From Guillardia theta CCMP2712 (lineage: Eukaryota; Protista; Cryptophyta), in contig NW_005434644.1 of assembly GCF_000315625.1 (NCBI RefSeq), positions 574,998 through 638,997 of the forward strand: a stretch of DNA of 64,000 bases. Reading direction: 5' to 3'. Below are positions 1-12,045 of the stretch, in pieces (position 1 is the stretch's first letter; every line of letters starts with the position of its first letter). A program made the position numbers and the translations under genes. The notes under the pieces are model-generated. The model had not been told where the DNA came from. It made no database searches and saw nothing but the letters and a program-made list of their open reading frames with translations.

Positions 1-130
1 CGGCCGCCGTGGCCGCGGTCCGATCGCTGACACGCGGTCCGGGGACCCGGCGGCCCCGCAGCACTGACTGGCGGCCGACGCCGGTGACTGAGTTCAGCCC
101 GGGCGCTGCCACCGTACCGACGACTGAGCC
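1..130. other. GC-rich intergenic island (CCGG/GGCC/TGACTGAG-rich), truncated by window edge
   Basis: Dense ccgg, ggcc, cccggg and gactgag words; same composition as islands at 23.1, 25.6, 38.1, 42.0 and 52.9 kb. Confidence 0.55.
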
Positions 131-502
131 CCAAAAAGTATCGAGAGTGGGGATGAGGGCTTGTCTAAATCTGGTTACAAGTGGAGGAGATCATGGCGGA
201 GGATCGCGAGGGCGAGGAGGTGGAAGAGAAGGAGACGAGCCAGCAGAAGAGAGGAGGAGAGGGAAGAGGAGAGGACATTGAGCGATCTGCCTTTACAGCA
301 GCACAAGGACAGCAGGGCATCAGAGAAGAAGAGTGCCTTCCATGTCTCTTGTAGCATGAGAGGTCCGGGCAGTGACAAGCCCTGACACGCATCAATCCTG
401 TTTTTGCCCTTGTCCCCAAGTGAATTATCTACTTGACACCATCTGATGTCTCCTCAGGATGGACTCGGAGCTCAGATAGTACTTGGCGATCAGGCTACCA
501 GG

Positions 503-2031
503 ATGAAGTCTGGATCAGCTTTGCCTCTCTCTTTCGCTTTTTTTCTGTTTCTCTGCATAATCCTTGCAACTGGTGAGATAGCTTCGTCTCATCGCGTCTT
601 CTCTATCTAGTTCTCATGCACTCGTCATGCAGGACATGTTGCTGAGCATGATAACGAACATTTCGGGCTTCCAGACACGAGTCGTGAATTGGCCAGTCTT
701 GACGTAACTGTATGAGATTCAACATCGCGGCTTGCTGATTTCTGTGAATCAACAGGAGATAGATCTACAGACACACAAGGCGCTTCATGCTGCCGCCGTT
801 GCACATGCCATTCACAAGCGAGTGCAGCAGCTCTCGGATGGTCGACCGATCAATCTTCCAGTGAGCAACGATCGTGAACGCCATCGTTGCTGATCTTGTG
901 CCTGTTAACGAGATCAGGTGATCCCTAAGAGTCCTCCTGTATGTAGCGCTCCTCCTTCCATGCGCTTCTGCAAGTCGGTCACTTATCCCGTCTATCGGCC
1001 GTCAGCAGATCATACCTTCGCAGAGGTTCGCACCCAATTGCTGCTGCCCCATCGTTGACCGGCAAGGCAGCTCGACTTCGATTCTCATGCCGTTTACAAG
1101 AAGATTGTGCCGCACATGCGAATTTCCGAGAAGTGCTGCTGATTCTCGGAGCCTCTCACTCCTCTCACCTGAGATCGTGCAGACATTTTGAGCTCCCTAT
1201 CATCGAATCTTGTCGGACCAACTTCCGCGAGTTCCTCTGTGAGTCTCCTTGAATGTGGCAGCTGAGCCCTTGGTGATGGCTGCTCAAGGTCTGCGAAATT
1301 TTCCGAGGTGTTGTCACGTGGGCTTGTGCAACAAGTATGGTGCGCCAGAACCTGTTCTGACGGCGTCGGATCTGTTGCCCACCGTGATGCTCACTTGGCG
1401 CACGTACTTCCAGAGCTGATCCTACGGCAGGACGATCGGCCTACTACTGTCACGTTTGTGAATGGCTCTCAGGACACCATGAGAGTCGAGATGGGAAGGA
1501 ACGACACGGTCAAGGTGAGCCGCCTGCAGGCCCTGGGTCGGGAGTTCTCAAAGCTTCACGGCAGGTGAAGATGGCAGAGGCCGCATGCCTCGAGGTCAGA
1601 GCTTCGCTCCTTCCTCTCCGATCTTCTACGTTGCAAGAGTGTCTGATGCCAACGGCAGTACGTCAAGACCTACACTCCGCTCTTCGATTGTCGCTCCTGG
1701 TGCACTCAGCTCCTGTCCAAGGACTGCCTCTACATGCTGTCTCAGGTGAGATCGCGCGCGGGCAGTTGCTAGCATGAATGCAAGGGTGAGACTATTTGTG
1801 GCAGGATTGTGAGAACTTGTGCTGGGGAGTGCATTCCGAGCGCTGCGCGTCAAGGGCACTGTGAGTAATCACTCGTTGATACACTTCCATCTCCTTCAAC
1901 ATGTCCAACATCATCATTCATCTCCTTCCTGGCATGCTATACCGATGGATGAGAAGCTGAAATCCAGCTTTATTAGGTATCAGATTGCAACAGGCAAGGA
2001 ATCAAGCTCGCCGAGACATCCAGGCCCTCTG
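503..2031 (+). CDS. Hypothetical multi-exon protein with N-terminal signal peptide (3' end uncertain)
   Basis: ATG 503 gives MKSGSALPLSFAFFLFLCIILAT, then a GTGAG...CAG intron; later exons such as ELILRQDDRPTTVTFVNGSQDTMRVEMGRNDTVK are bounded by GT/AG. Confidence 0.4.
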
Positions 2032-2037
2032 AATCTC

Positions 2038-3984
2038 TCAGCATTCATACTTGTCTTTGCTGTTTACTGGCTCAACGCCAAGTTCTTCTCTTGATAGATT
2101 CTTCAAGGCCCAGGGCCTGTCTTAACTCTACAAAGGAGTGAAAAACCACAGATGCTTTTAGCCTTTACCTTTTGCTGTCTCGGCAAACAAGTTCGATCTC
2201 CTTCGACAGTTCATCTTTCATCATGTCAGAGCCCTGGAACCCTCAACCCTGCTTCTCAAAGCACCTTTTGTCATCCTGGAGAGGCTGGATGATCTCCAAA
2301 TTTGAATCGTCCCCCCACCCAAGCCCTGCGATGCATAAGCAGTGGATCATCATCACTCTGCGCTACCTCAGACGAATCTTCAGACACGGTAGCCAGGCAC
2401 CAGGGGCTCTCAGGATTCCAGTTGAGATCCTGGATGGATCCCCTGCTCATGCAGTGTAAGGTATCCGGTGGCGACAGGCAACTGCAGCACCTGTGCCCTA
2501 CATGGTTGAAGATCAACTCAACATTCGTGTCAACAGTTGAACCGTTGACAGCCATAGCCTGTTCCTTGTTCGTATCCCAGAGCTTCAAGTCGCGTTAGGG
2601 CGGAGTCCCACGAGCTCTAGACTGGCAAACTCACCACCACACAGCCGTCCTCGCCACCACTCGCAAAGTAGTTAGGAGTGAGAGGATTAAATTCCTTGAC
2701 CACCCGTCAGCACACGGAGCAGGACGTTTCAGCCTCACCAGGCAAGTGACAGCTGCCGTGTGACCGGAGAATGATCTGATGTAGCAGTCCTTGCTCTCAG
2801 CGGAGAACTGTACATAGTAGATCAGCTCACTAGGCTCAAAAAGGCGATAGCATGCCTTCCTCTTGTCATACAAGTAGACGACTCCTTGAGAATCTCCAGC
2901 GAGCAGGCTGTTCAAATCAAAGGCGCTCCAGTCTAGTTCCGACAAGGCATGGGTCAGTGAGACCATCTCCCTCCTTCCGGAGCAACTCACCGACGCAATG
3001 GAAATCATTGTCGTTCTCATTGAAAGCAGATGCAACTGGAGCCTCAGGGGCGCGGAGATCCCATAGCCTGAGAACGTCCCTCAGGATCAGCCTCGAGAGT
3101 CAGGGCAGTCACGACCCACCTGATCGACTTGTCATCCCCGGCCGAGCAAAGTTCCTGCGAGCTCTTGGGCTGGAATTTCACTGCCTCTACAGTGTCTGTA
3201 TGCCCATTATCGCCCTTGAGGCTGAGAACACCGTTACAGGCCAGAGACAACCGGGTCAATCGCTCGACCTCTGTATAGGGCTCAGTGCTTTCTTCCCATC
3301 TGTTCCACTCTCCAAGGATTGAACGTCCCAGATGAGAACGTTCCCCTGCTGGTCGCCGCTGCAAGAGACACAGCAAGAGGTGAGGAGAGAATGCGCAGGT
3401 GTCGGGGACAGGGAAGAACAAACCTGGCCACCATCATAGCCGAGTCGCATGTATCCACAGCGAAGCTGCTCTCACAAACGCCATCCTCGTGCCCTTTCAA
3501 CACGACCTGGAACGAGAGTTAGGAGCTACCAAGATGTCATCGGAGGGCAGACCGGATCCTTGTCCTTTGGGGAGGAAGGGTCGGATATGTCCCAGATATG
3601 AAGATCTGAGAGGTCTGACTTTGACAGGAGCAGATGCTTGCACGTTGGAAAAGTCCTCAGCCGATTCACCTCAGTGTTCCGAGGTGCCTTGATCTTGCCC
3701 AAAGTTTCCATGTGGGGAGACGGTTTCGATTCATTGAACTGCGATATGCGAGAGAGATCGGACTGATATTCACTAGGCACCTTCACTTTGCTGATGATGA
3801 TGTGGTTTTTCGTGTTGCCTCGCTCGCTGAAGCACATGATCTGGCTCAGATGCTTTTCCTCCTTGGACAACACGCTAGACCAATGAACGCATGGAGACGG
3901 CACTTGGAGGTTATGGTGCGTGAAGAAGTCATACACCAGTGGAATGCTTTTTTTCCACTGCAGGTATTTCGAATGGTCGTTCAT
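2038..3984 (-). CDS. WD40 histone-binding protein, MSI1/RbAp48 family (MSI4-like)
   Basis: N-terminal YLQWKKSIPLVYDFFTHHNLQVPSPCVHW (CAF1C/H4-binding motif), EVNRLR, LHIWD, LKGHEDG, GHTDTVEAVKF...LCSAGDDKSIR, LIFNHVGHR, DLNWNPESPWCLATVSED, GGGTIQIWR; many short introns; last exon ambiguous (stop at 2038 or 2072). Confidence 0.85.
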
Positions 3985-4510
3985 TTCCCGTGCTGTTCTT
4001 CCCCTTCAGAAGAGCCTGGATGGATCGCAGCAGGAGCTCAACGATGAATCTGGTTGCTAACAAGCTGTATCCTCCTCTTTGAAGCCAACAAAGCCTCAAT
4101 CCTATTTCCTCTTCTCTTCTTGCCTCTGCTCCCCTACCCTCGTTTAGCCCTCTCCCTGACCTCCCGTATCTTTTCTCGCCCCTCTGCCCTTGTTCTCCTC
4201 CCTTTTCTTTCCCTCTTTCCCTCTCCTCTCCTCTCCTCTCCTCTCCTCTCCTTCTTTTCCCCTTACAACTCAAGCACTGGTCCTGCCATTCCGCCGGCGC
4301 CGTAACCAGATCCTGGTTTTACTCAACAAATTTCCCGCAAGTCCTGCACATGCAGATGGCCCGACAGTAGCGACACATCTCACGCGTTGCAATGCACGTC
4401 TAGCAAACGCCGAGAGCGTTCACTGTCCTCCTCCTCCAACTACAGGTTCGGAGACATCACGCCATTGCACATCCCTGCCTGCAGCATTCGAAGCCTCGCT
4501 CCCCGCGAAA

Positions 4511-5891
4511 ATGAAGGTCGTTACAACCCGCGATGAAGCTTTCCGCATTGTGAACGGAACCCAGAAACATGTGATCCTTTACAAAGGAGACATGGAGGAG
4601 GAAGTGGAATCTGGCATTACGCTGCAAGCATGCACAGAAGATGGAGTCGAGTATGCGGAGCTGACGGTGGTCGCTTGTTGGCTCGCGAATTCCAGTGGAG
4701 CAAGCCAGAGGGTGATCGACGCGTGTGGATGCAAGGACGCGATCGAGCTGCAGCACCTCCTGGATGAAAGCCGTGCCATGAGACTTGAGGACAGTGAGGC
4801 AATGATGGTTGCTCAGGTATCCTTCAACAGGCTCGTCTCAGCAACTTCCTTCGAGTCCTCGGAGTTCTGGAGCAAGATGAACGCGGAAAAGATCCCCTCC
4901 AAGAAGCATCTTCACCCCAGTTTTATTGGCGTGCTCCAGGGATTCTGGCAGCAGCGACTGAGGTTCAGCATGCTGGATCTTGGTTGCGGGGACGGGCACG
5001 TTGCGTTGCAGCTGCTGGAGAGCGCGGGTGAGCAAGAGGCAGTGCTTGATGTGATGGGTGTGGACGTCTGCGAAAGTGCGGTAAAGAGCGCACGTGAGAT
5101 GGCGGGGGACAAGAAGATCCCGGAGTTCCGGAGCTCGTTGGATCATTCCACTATCTCCTTCATTGCGCAGGACGTGACCAAGCTGGATGTTTCCTCCACA
5201 CACGGCTTGTTTGATGTCGTTTTGTGCCAGTTGGTGATTTCTGTTGTTGGAGGAAAGAAGGAGAGGAAGGTGTGTAATCTGTATAGCTGCTACATGCTCT
5301 TCATACTGAGCATGTGTCAAGGCGCTTCTACAATGCATCTTCTCGCACCTCAAGGAGGGGCATGCCATGCTGTTGTCTGTCTCGGGGGCCTCGGAGCATG
5401 TCAACGAATCGTACAGGTTCGTGGGAGGGCAGCATGAGCTGGTTGATTGACCCGCCACCAGGAAGATCTACGAGGAGGATGAGGGCTTGACAGGAGAATA
5501 CAGGTCTCAGTGCTCTCGTTACCCACGCTCTTGTACTGAATGCGCTCCTGCAGATCATACTTGAGCAGGGGATCGGAAGGGCAGGTTAGCATACAAAGTC
5601 ATTGGGGTTGCATGAACATTGATACACGACACAGGTGTTATACATAACACACCATTTCACAGAGGAGGAGATTGTATCTCTTTGCAAAGAGGTAATTCCT
5701 TGTGTGTGATGCACGCTACAATTTCATCATTCTCAGATCCCACAGGTTGGTTTCTGCAAAATAGCAGTGCACAAGGAGATTGAAAGCAGCTCCAGAAGAC
5801 CTAAAGTATACACTCACCCATCTGTGATCGCATTCTGTAACAGAATCACTAGGAAAAGGCTATCTTTTTGTATGTCATCGCGTATCGTTGA
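4511..5891 (+). CDS. Class I SAM-dependent methyltransferase
   Basis: Motif I SMLDLGCGDGH, post-I VMGVDV, FDVVLCQLVISVVG; spliced C-terminal exons (YITHHFTEEEI, EKAIFLYVIAYR-TGA). Confidence 0.8.
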
Positions 5892-6005
5892 TTGATGAAA
5901 GCCTGCCTCACCTCATGCGAATCTGTTCTGATAGTGTGTATGAGACGATAGCACACACGAGATTCAAAATATTTTGGGGTTTTACTGTTCCAGTACACGA
6001 AATGT

Positions 6006-6176
6006 TTACTCGTAGAGGGACTTGGTGTAGGTGGCGGTGGCCGCAACGTAGGCATCACGGGCAGCCTTGTAGGGGCCGGTGGCGAGCTTGAGCTCGTTGG
6101 CAGCCTTCAAGTAGGCATCGCGGGTGGCGCGGTAGGTGGTGGCGTAGTCCTCAAGGTCGAAGAGAAGAGCGAACAT
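6006..6176 (-). CDS. 56-aa Tyr/Ala/Thr-rich orphan protein with internal repeat (candidate ejectisome/Tri-type polypeptide)
   Basis: MFALLFDLEDYATTYRATRDAYLKAANELKLATGPYKAARDAYVAATATYTKSLYE; strongly C-ending codon bias; 45-nt GTAATC...AACAG intron (6223-6179) in the 5' UTR ending 2 nt before the ATG. Confidence 0.7.
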   Translation of the reverse strand: MFALLFDLEDYATTYRATRDAYLKAANELKLATGPYKAARDAYVAATATYTKSLYE

Positions 6177-7040
6177 TCCTGTTAACAAGGATCAACAACT
6201 TTACACTTTCATTGAGTGATTACAAAGAACACAATTGGTGGAACAGAGTCAAACATCTGAAGAGTATGGGCAATCAACTAAGGGTTGACAGCATCATTCC
6301 ATCAGCATCTCAAGCAACAGACGCAGTTCAAAGGGTTCATCGCAATGCCGCAGAGCATGTCTATGGGTTTCGAACCTGCTGGTGTGGAGTGTGGGTTCCC
6401 TCTGCCGCTTTTATTACCGCTCGTTCTATTTCCGGTGGCACTACCCTACCACTCCTCTCCTGACCCGGCTTTCGTTCTTTCGGCGTGATTGGTTTCTCCA
6501 CTAAATGGAAATTTTCCCTAAAACTATTTCTTATCTTCAATTTTATATCTAATTATTGAAATATTTCGACAGCATAATGTCAAATAGTGATACAATTCAA
6601 TATCGTGTGGTAGAGAACCAAACAGTTTAATCACCCACCCCACAAGAAAGTTCTATATTCGGGGCATGTCAACAAATTTACTCAAAAAAGTGAGAAAACA
6701 TAAAAAAGAATTCTTTTTTATTTTCTTTTTAAATTATTTTTTTATTTTACAGATACAAGAAGTCAAGGAAACAGGAGAGGTGAAGAGGCGGCTCCGCCGA
6801 TGCATATTTGAGGTAGGCGTGATGGCGAGGGAGCGGGAGGCCGATGATAGCAGATGATGGAGAGGAATTCGGTGATTAAGTGTGTTGTGACTTGCATGGG
6901 AGAGAGAGCGATCCCATTTGTTTCATTGAAAGACTCCTTCATCCATTCCACATAGCTACAAACTCTTGTTCGCCCTCTCTACTCCTTGATGAAAAGCCTC
7001 ACGCAGGACACCTGTAGCAAGAGGCTTCAAGTGTTTCAAG

Positions 7041-7812
7041 ATGCAGAACCTGGTGACCTAAGTTGAAAATCATTGACGTGCATCTTAAACTCCGCCTCCG
7101 TGTGTCGTTGCAGGGGTTCATGGCAGCAGCACTTGCCGTGGTGGGAGTCTGTCTGTTGACAGTTGGGATCTCCAGAGGAGCCATAAGGCAGAGTAACAGC
7201 ATCGTTGAGCTCCAGAGAGGTAGGTCAAAGGTACACATGCAACGTGCCTCTGACCCTTCCCTGGAGGCTTTCGTCGTCAATCGCGCTTGCAAGCTTTGGA
7301 CTTCGACACGGTAACAGTGGGCCCTTACGGTAACTACGACGCACAAACCTGGTACTTCCATCCGAACGGAATGTCACGCGATCAGGTTGCACTAGCACAC
7401 ATGCATGGACATTTTGATTCATCTTGCCAATCAGGATGCTGTCATCTATCAGGGGATCACCAATCAAAATCAGGAGGAGGGGCGTCTGGTCCCATGGGAC
7501 TGGTCCTTTGCTGTTGTCGATCCTGCTTGTTCCTTGACAGTGTTGTCGCAGGAATGATGTGATTTACCAGCAGACCGGTGACGCTCCCGTGAGTTTATAC
7601 TATCTTCATGTTCTTGTCCTTGACTTTGAAAGTACGAGCAGCCTGTCGAGGGACGCTTGGTTCCTTGGGACTGGTGAGCGGCATATCGGTACAGAACCTG
7701 CAGCTGACCTTGACAATGTAGGGATGACGTTATGTATCAAGACGTCGTGTCTGAGAGCTCGCAACAGAACGCGAATACTATCCCTCAGGACAACGAAGTC
7801 ATGAGCAAGTGA
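7041..7812 (+). CDS. Signal-anchor/secretory orphan protein with 23-aa repeats
   Basis: MQNL|GFMAAALAVVGVCLLTVGIS...; spliced exons give RLQALDFD..., DAVIYQ...EGRLVPWDW, NDVIYQ...EGRLVPWDW, DDVMYQ...MSK-TGA. Confidence 0.7.
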
Positions 7813-7943
7813 AGTTCTTTCACTTAAGCATTCATAGTTACAGGATGATTTGGCTATAAGCAGAGAGGAAGCTGAATTGATAAATCATTATCTTTCGCAA
7901 GGTATTGCTGCTCTAGGGTCCTGAAGCTCCTTGGGAGGAAACA

Positions 7944-9317
7944 TCAAAGTTGAATGCTGTTCTGATCTGGTGTGGGGTCATCGTTGTTAGTTCCTTCCAA
8001 CTCCTCCTGCAGTCCCTCATCAGTCATGGTCTGCGAACTTGAAGTGACGCACTCGCTCAGCTGCCTCGATGCAAGGTCGCATGACAGGATCCAACCACAT
8101 CGCTTTCCTGTAACACTCCGCAGCGGTGGTCTCGTCGTCTGGGGCACTCGATCATCGGCAGTCAACATGCAGTTAGGAGGGGAAGGTCGAACCACGGAAG
8201 TCCATGCAGAAGGACCCGTAGCTGTAAAGTCTGCGTGAAGTTTGATGTTAGCCGTCAGCGTCGCCTTCACATATAGAGTGCAGGCTCACAGCTCGAAGTA
8301 GTCCGGGGCTATCTCGAGACCTTTCTTGTACAGTTTCTCGGCCTCATCGTGCTGCTCCTTCCCCTCCGAGAGGACGCGCGCGAGCTCCGCAAGAGTCAGG
8401 GGCAGACGTCAAGGTTGGCCGTCACCATGTGAAGGACATCCGGGTGGTTGGGTTCCGAGGCATGCGCGAGCTTGAGGTAGGACTCAGCCTTGTCTGCGTC
8501 TCTGAGAGGGCAGCGAGTCAGTTGACTCGCCTCCTAAGCGGCTGCTCTCGCCTGTACACAGCATAATGCAACCAGGCACAGTTGCAGAGGCACTGGACGT
8601 TCCCCGGCTCCTGCAGCGACCTGAGTCAGAGCGCGGAGAGCGAGGGGGCGGAACGAGGGACCCAGTCCAAGATTCTCTCGTAGATCGACTCTGCCTTTTC
8701 GTACTCTCGGTAGAGCCGATGGATCAGGCAAGCATAGTCTGCATTGGCTGCGATGTGCTGCGGACAGAACTCGATCGCTGCTTTCAGCAATTTCTCAGCT
8801 CCGGTCCTGTTCATCTTGAAACGATTTCAGGATGGGAGCCCGCGCTCGAAGTCTCCTCACCTCTTGGTACAGCTGCATCGCGACTTCATGGATCTCTGTA
8901 GCAAGCCGGTACCTGGCAGACTCGTCCAGCTCCTGGTGTGAAGATTGGTCTGGAGGGTTCCCGCTCTGTCTGTCTGAAAGCACCGCTTTAGCGAGGGGTG
9001 GTGCTTGCCAGAGCATAACCTGAATCGTCGCCGACAGCGTCTGAGGTGATTCTCTCGTTGCTCGTGTTGGTAATGTAGTCAGCGAGGATGATCTGCTCCC
9101 TCCTCTCCCCATCCACGTTGTGCTTCGGCTTCGACATGATCAGGATGTATTCCTTCACCACCTCGCTCTCACGATATCCTCCTCGAAGCCGCAAACCCGG
9201 CTGTCCCTCCCGCCATGGCGTCGGCACGTGCCTCAAGAGGAGAACACACTCCATCTGACATGCATGCATGATCGTCCAGCAGCACAAGAGCAGCCAGCAT
9301 ACGCTCCTCCCCACCAT
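7944..9317 (-). CDS. TPR-repeat protein with signal peptide and LRLRGG motif
   Basis: MVGRSVCWLLLCCWTIMHAC leader, LRLRGG at 9194-9177, TPR-like units (AEKLLKAAIEFCPQH, AESIYERILD, AESYLKLAHASEPNH, AEKLYKKGLEIAPDY). Confidence 0.75.
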
Positions 9318-9377
9318 CCCCTACACTCCCCTCAGCCCATTTTTGCTGTCCGCACCGGCCTCATCCCCACCACTGCA

Positions 9378-11898
9378 ATGGCCGAGGCAGTGGCTGAGGT
9401 GGCGCTGGGGGAGTATGCTGCCGCAGCCGTCTGCATGATCCTCGCGGCTCTTGTGCTCCTCTTGGGGTCTCGTCAGCCTCCTCCCTCAGCTCGCACATGG
9501 CGAGATGGCGACAAGGACGGGAGGAAGGACGAGGGAAGGATCGAGCGAAGTCAAGGTGGAGCCAAGAAAGCTGACGTGCCGCTGGTTCGCGAGCATGGGA
9601 GGAGCCTCATGCCGCGACCCTCTGCCAGCATGCCAGCGTTAAGCTCGTCGAGGAGCATGCGCTCAAGCTGGCGGTCGGGACTCGCTCAGGAGGAGGAGGA
9701 CGTGGGAGCGGCGAGCTTCTTCGAGGAGATGCTCAAATGCCTGGGGTTCGAAGACGCCGGCGACCATGGCTTCGGCTTCTCCGTCAGCTCCAAATCTCGT
9801 CCCCTTCCTGCGGATTTTCCTCTGGTAGAAAAGATCCGATCCGACCTGATCGCCTCCTCCTCCCTCGCCAACGGCGATCGGATCTTGATGGTGGACTCGC
9901 GCAACGTCGCCGGCATGCGCGCCAAGGAGGTGAAGAGCCTCATCAACCAGTCGGACTTCAGGATCAGCCTGTTGGTCAAGGGGAACGAGGGAGGAAGAGG
10001 ACAAGTCGAGAGGCAGGTGGTTCTCTACCGAGGGAGGGTCGGAGTGCTCAGAGCTTTCTTCACCAACTACATGCTGAAACACACGAGCAGGTTCCAATCT
10101 ACACCCATGGTATGTCTTGCTCTCTCTGCCTCAAACCTCCCTCCCTCCCTCCCTCCCTCCCTCCCTCCCAGTCACTCTTCTTACTGTTTGCGCTTCTCTA
10201 ACTGCATGCGACCGGCAGGGACAGGAGATCGCTCAGGTCTTCCGTCTCTTCATGACTCTATCAGATCAAGTAGCATCCGCGGACGAGCTTGTCTCCCTCC
10301 TCCAGCACAGCATCTCGGCCCGCCCCAAGGGATCGATCCAGAAGTCCATCCTGTCTCTCTTCAAGGTCCTCGTCGTCTATCAGGCGACCGAGTGCCTGCA
10401 TGCCTCCAGCGTGGACGTGAGCCCGATGAAGGAGAGTGACCGAATCTTTTCCTCCAACTTTTCCACCAGCAACGGGGACGCGACCGACGCCTCTCCTCTT
10501 CGCATGTCGATGTTGGAGCTCCAGAGGTCCCAGGTGGGAGCATCTGCCAGGTTGGACCATGCTGCGTTCCTGACTTCCCTCCAGGTGACGGACAACCTGC
10601 GTAAGGAGATGGAGAGGCTGCAGGAGGAAGCTGGCGCGAGGGAGGCTCAGCTAGAGGCCACGCGCAAGGAAGTACAGCGGCTGGCCGAGGAGTTGAACAA
10701 GGCAAAAGGCCTCGTTGCGGCCTTGCAAGCAGAGGATCAGGATGGGGCACACAGACAGGCAAGACAACAGGAAGAGGAGAGGACTAGGTTGAGGCTAGAT
10801 GATCTTGAGAGCGCGATCAACGAGTTCGCTACCTGGTCGGAAGATTTCCGCTGCCGTCAGTTTGCGATGATACAAGACCTGCTGGTCACTCGGGGTCAAG
10901 ATCGTAACGCAGAGGAGCCATCGAACCCACAGGACGAGCGAGATGGAGTCCCTTCGCTTGCCACCCGTAGCCATGAGGCAGAGCTCCTCGACCTCTGCAG
11001 ACGGAGCTTGGCGGAGATGTGCGAGTCCATGAGGGGGAGGAGGGAGGAGGGAGAGGAGGGAGACGTGCTGCTGGAGATAGGCTTCCTCCTCCAGGAGCTT
11101 CAGTTCACCTTGGAGGAGCTGCAGGGCAGCGCGTGGGCAGCGGAGGACCTCCGGCTTTTCCTGGGCGAGACTTTGGAGGCGTTGATGACTGCGCACACCA
11201 AGTCGTTGAACTTCATGTCGAGGTCAGACTTCATCCTCTCCAAGTTGAAGTTCTACAGGAGGAGGAGGAGCGCGTCTCTCCATCGGATGCAACAGACGCC
11301 CGCCCCCGGCATCCTGCACAGCCGCTCCATCAGCGAGATCGATCGGTCGCCCGCGTGCCTGCTGGAGGAGATTCCGAGCGATGAGCGAAGGTCTTCCACC
11401 GAGTTCTCGCAGGAGGGGGAGGACAGCCTCGTCGAAGTCCTTGAGAAACTCTTGACAAGCATCAGCAGCGACAACGATGCGCAGAGCGAGAACGGTCTGC
11501 CTCCCCCGGAGACCTCCCAGGCCTCGATGTTCTCATCCTCTCAGACGAGCGCTGGAGAGGGGAGGGGGGGCAACGACACGGGTGGGGAGGATCAAATCGA
11601 GACTCTCCGTCGCAAGGTTCTCGCCATGGAGCAGATGATTCACTTCAGGGAGTCCTCCTACAACTTGCTCCTGCACTTCTGCTCGAGAGAGCTCAGATTT
11701 CTCCTTGGAGTCCCTTCCTCTCCCTCCTCCCCGTCCCCCTCCCCCTCCTCCTCTCCCTCCCCTGCTCCATCACTGTCACCTTCTCTCGTGGAGTACGATC
11801 CCAGTCATCCGACTGAGTTTCCGGGGAAGAAAGCTCTAGAAGACATGTTCGAAGTTCTCAAGAGGCGAGGAAACCTGATACCTGGGCATCAGATCTAG
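9378..11898 (+). CDS. N-terminal membrane-anchored PDZ-domain and coiled-coil protein
   Basis: TM segment AAAAVCMILAALVLLLG; PDZ signature GFGFSV...LANGDRILMVDSRNVAGMRAKEVKSLINQSDFRISLLV; long acidic coiled-coil exon. Confidence 0.7.
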
Positions 11899-12045
11899 CC
11901 AGCCTGCCGACTTTATTGTTTCTCCCCCTCCTCCTCCCTACTCCGTTGGAATATCCGAATTCTGAATAGATCTTGTTTCTCTCCCCTTCCTCTCCCCTCT
12001 CTGCCCCCTTCCTTCTACCCCCGTCAAACTCTTCCCACCACAACT

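Noticed and set aside
161-385. Arg-rich protamine-like ORF (WRRSWRRIARARRWKRRRR)
   Set aside because: Starts at TTG and arises from a GGA/AGA purine-rich tract like those seen upstream of many genes here; no independent support
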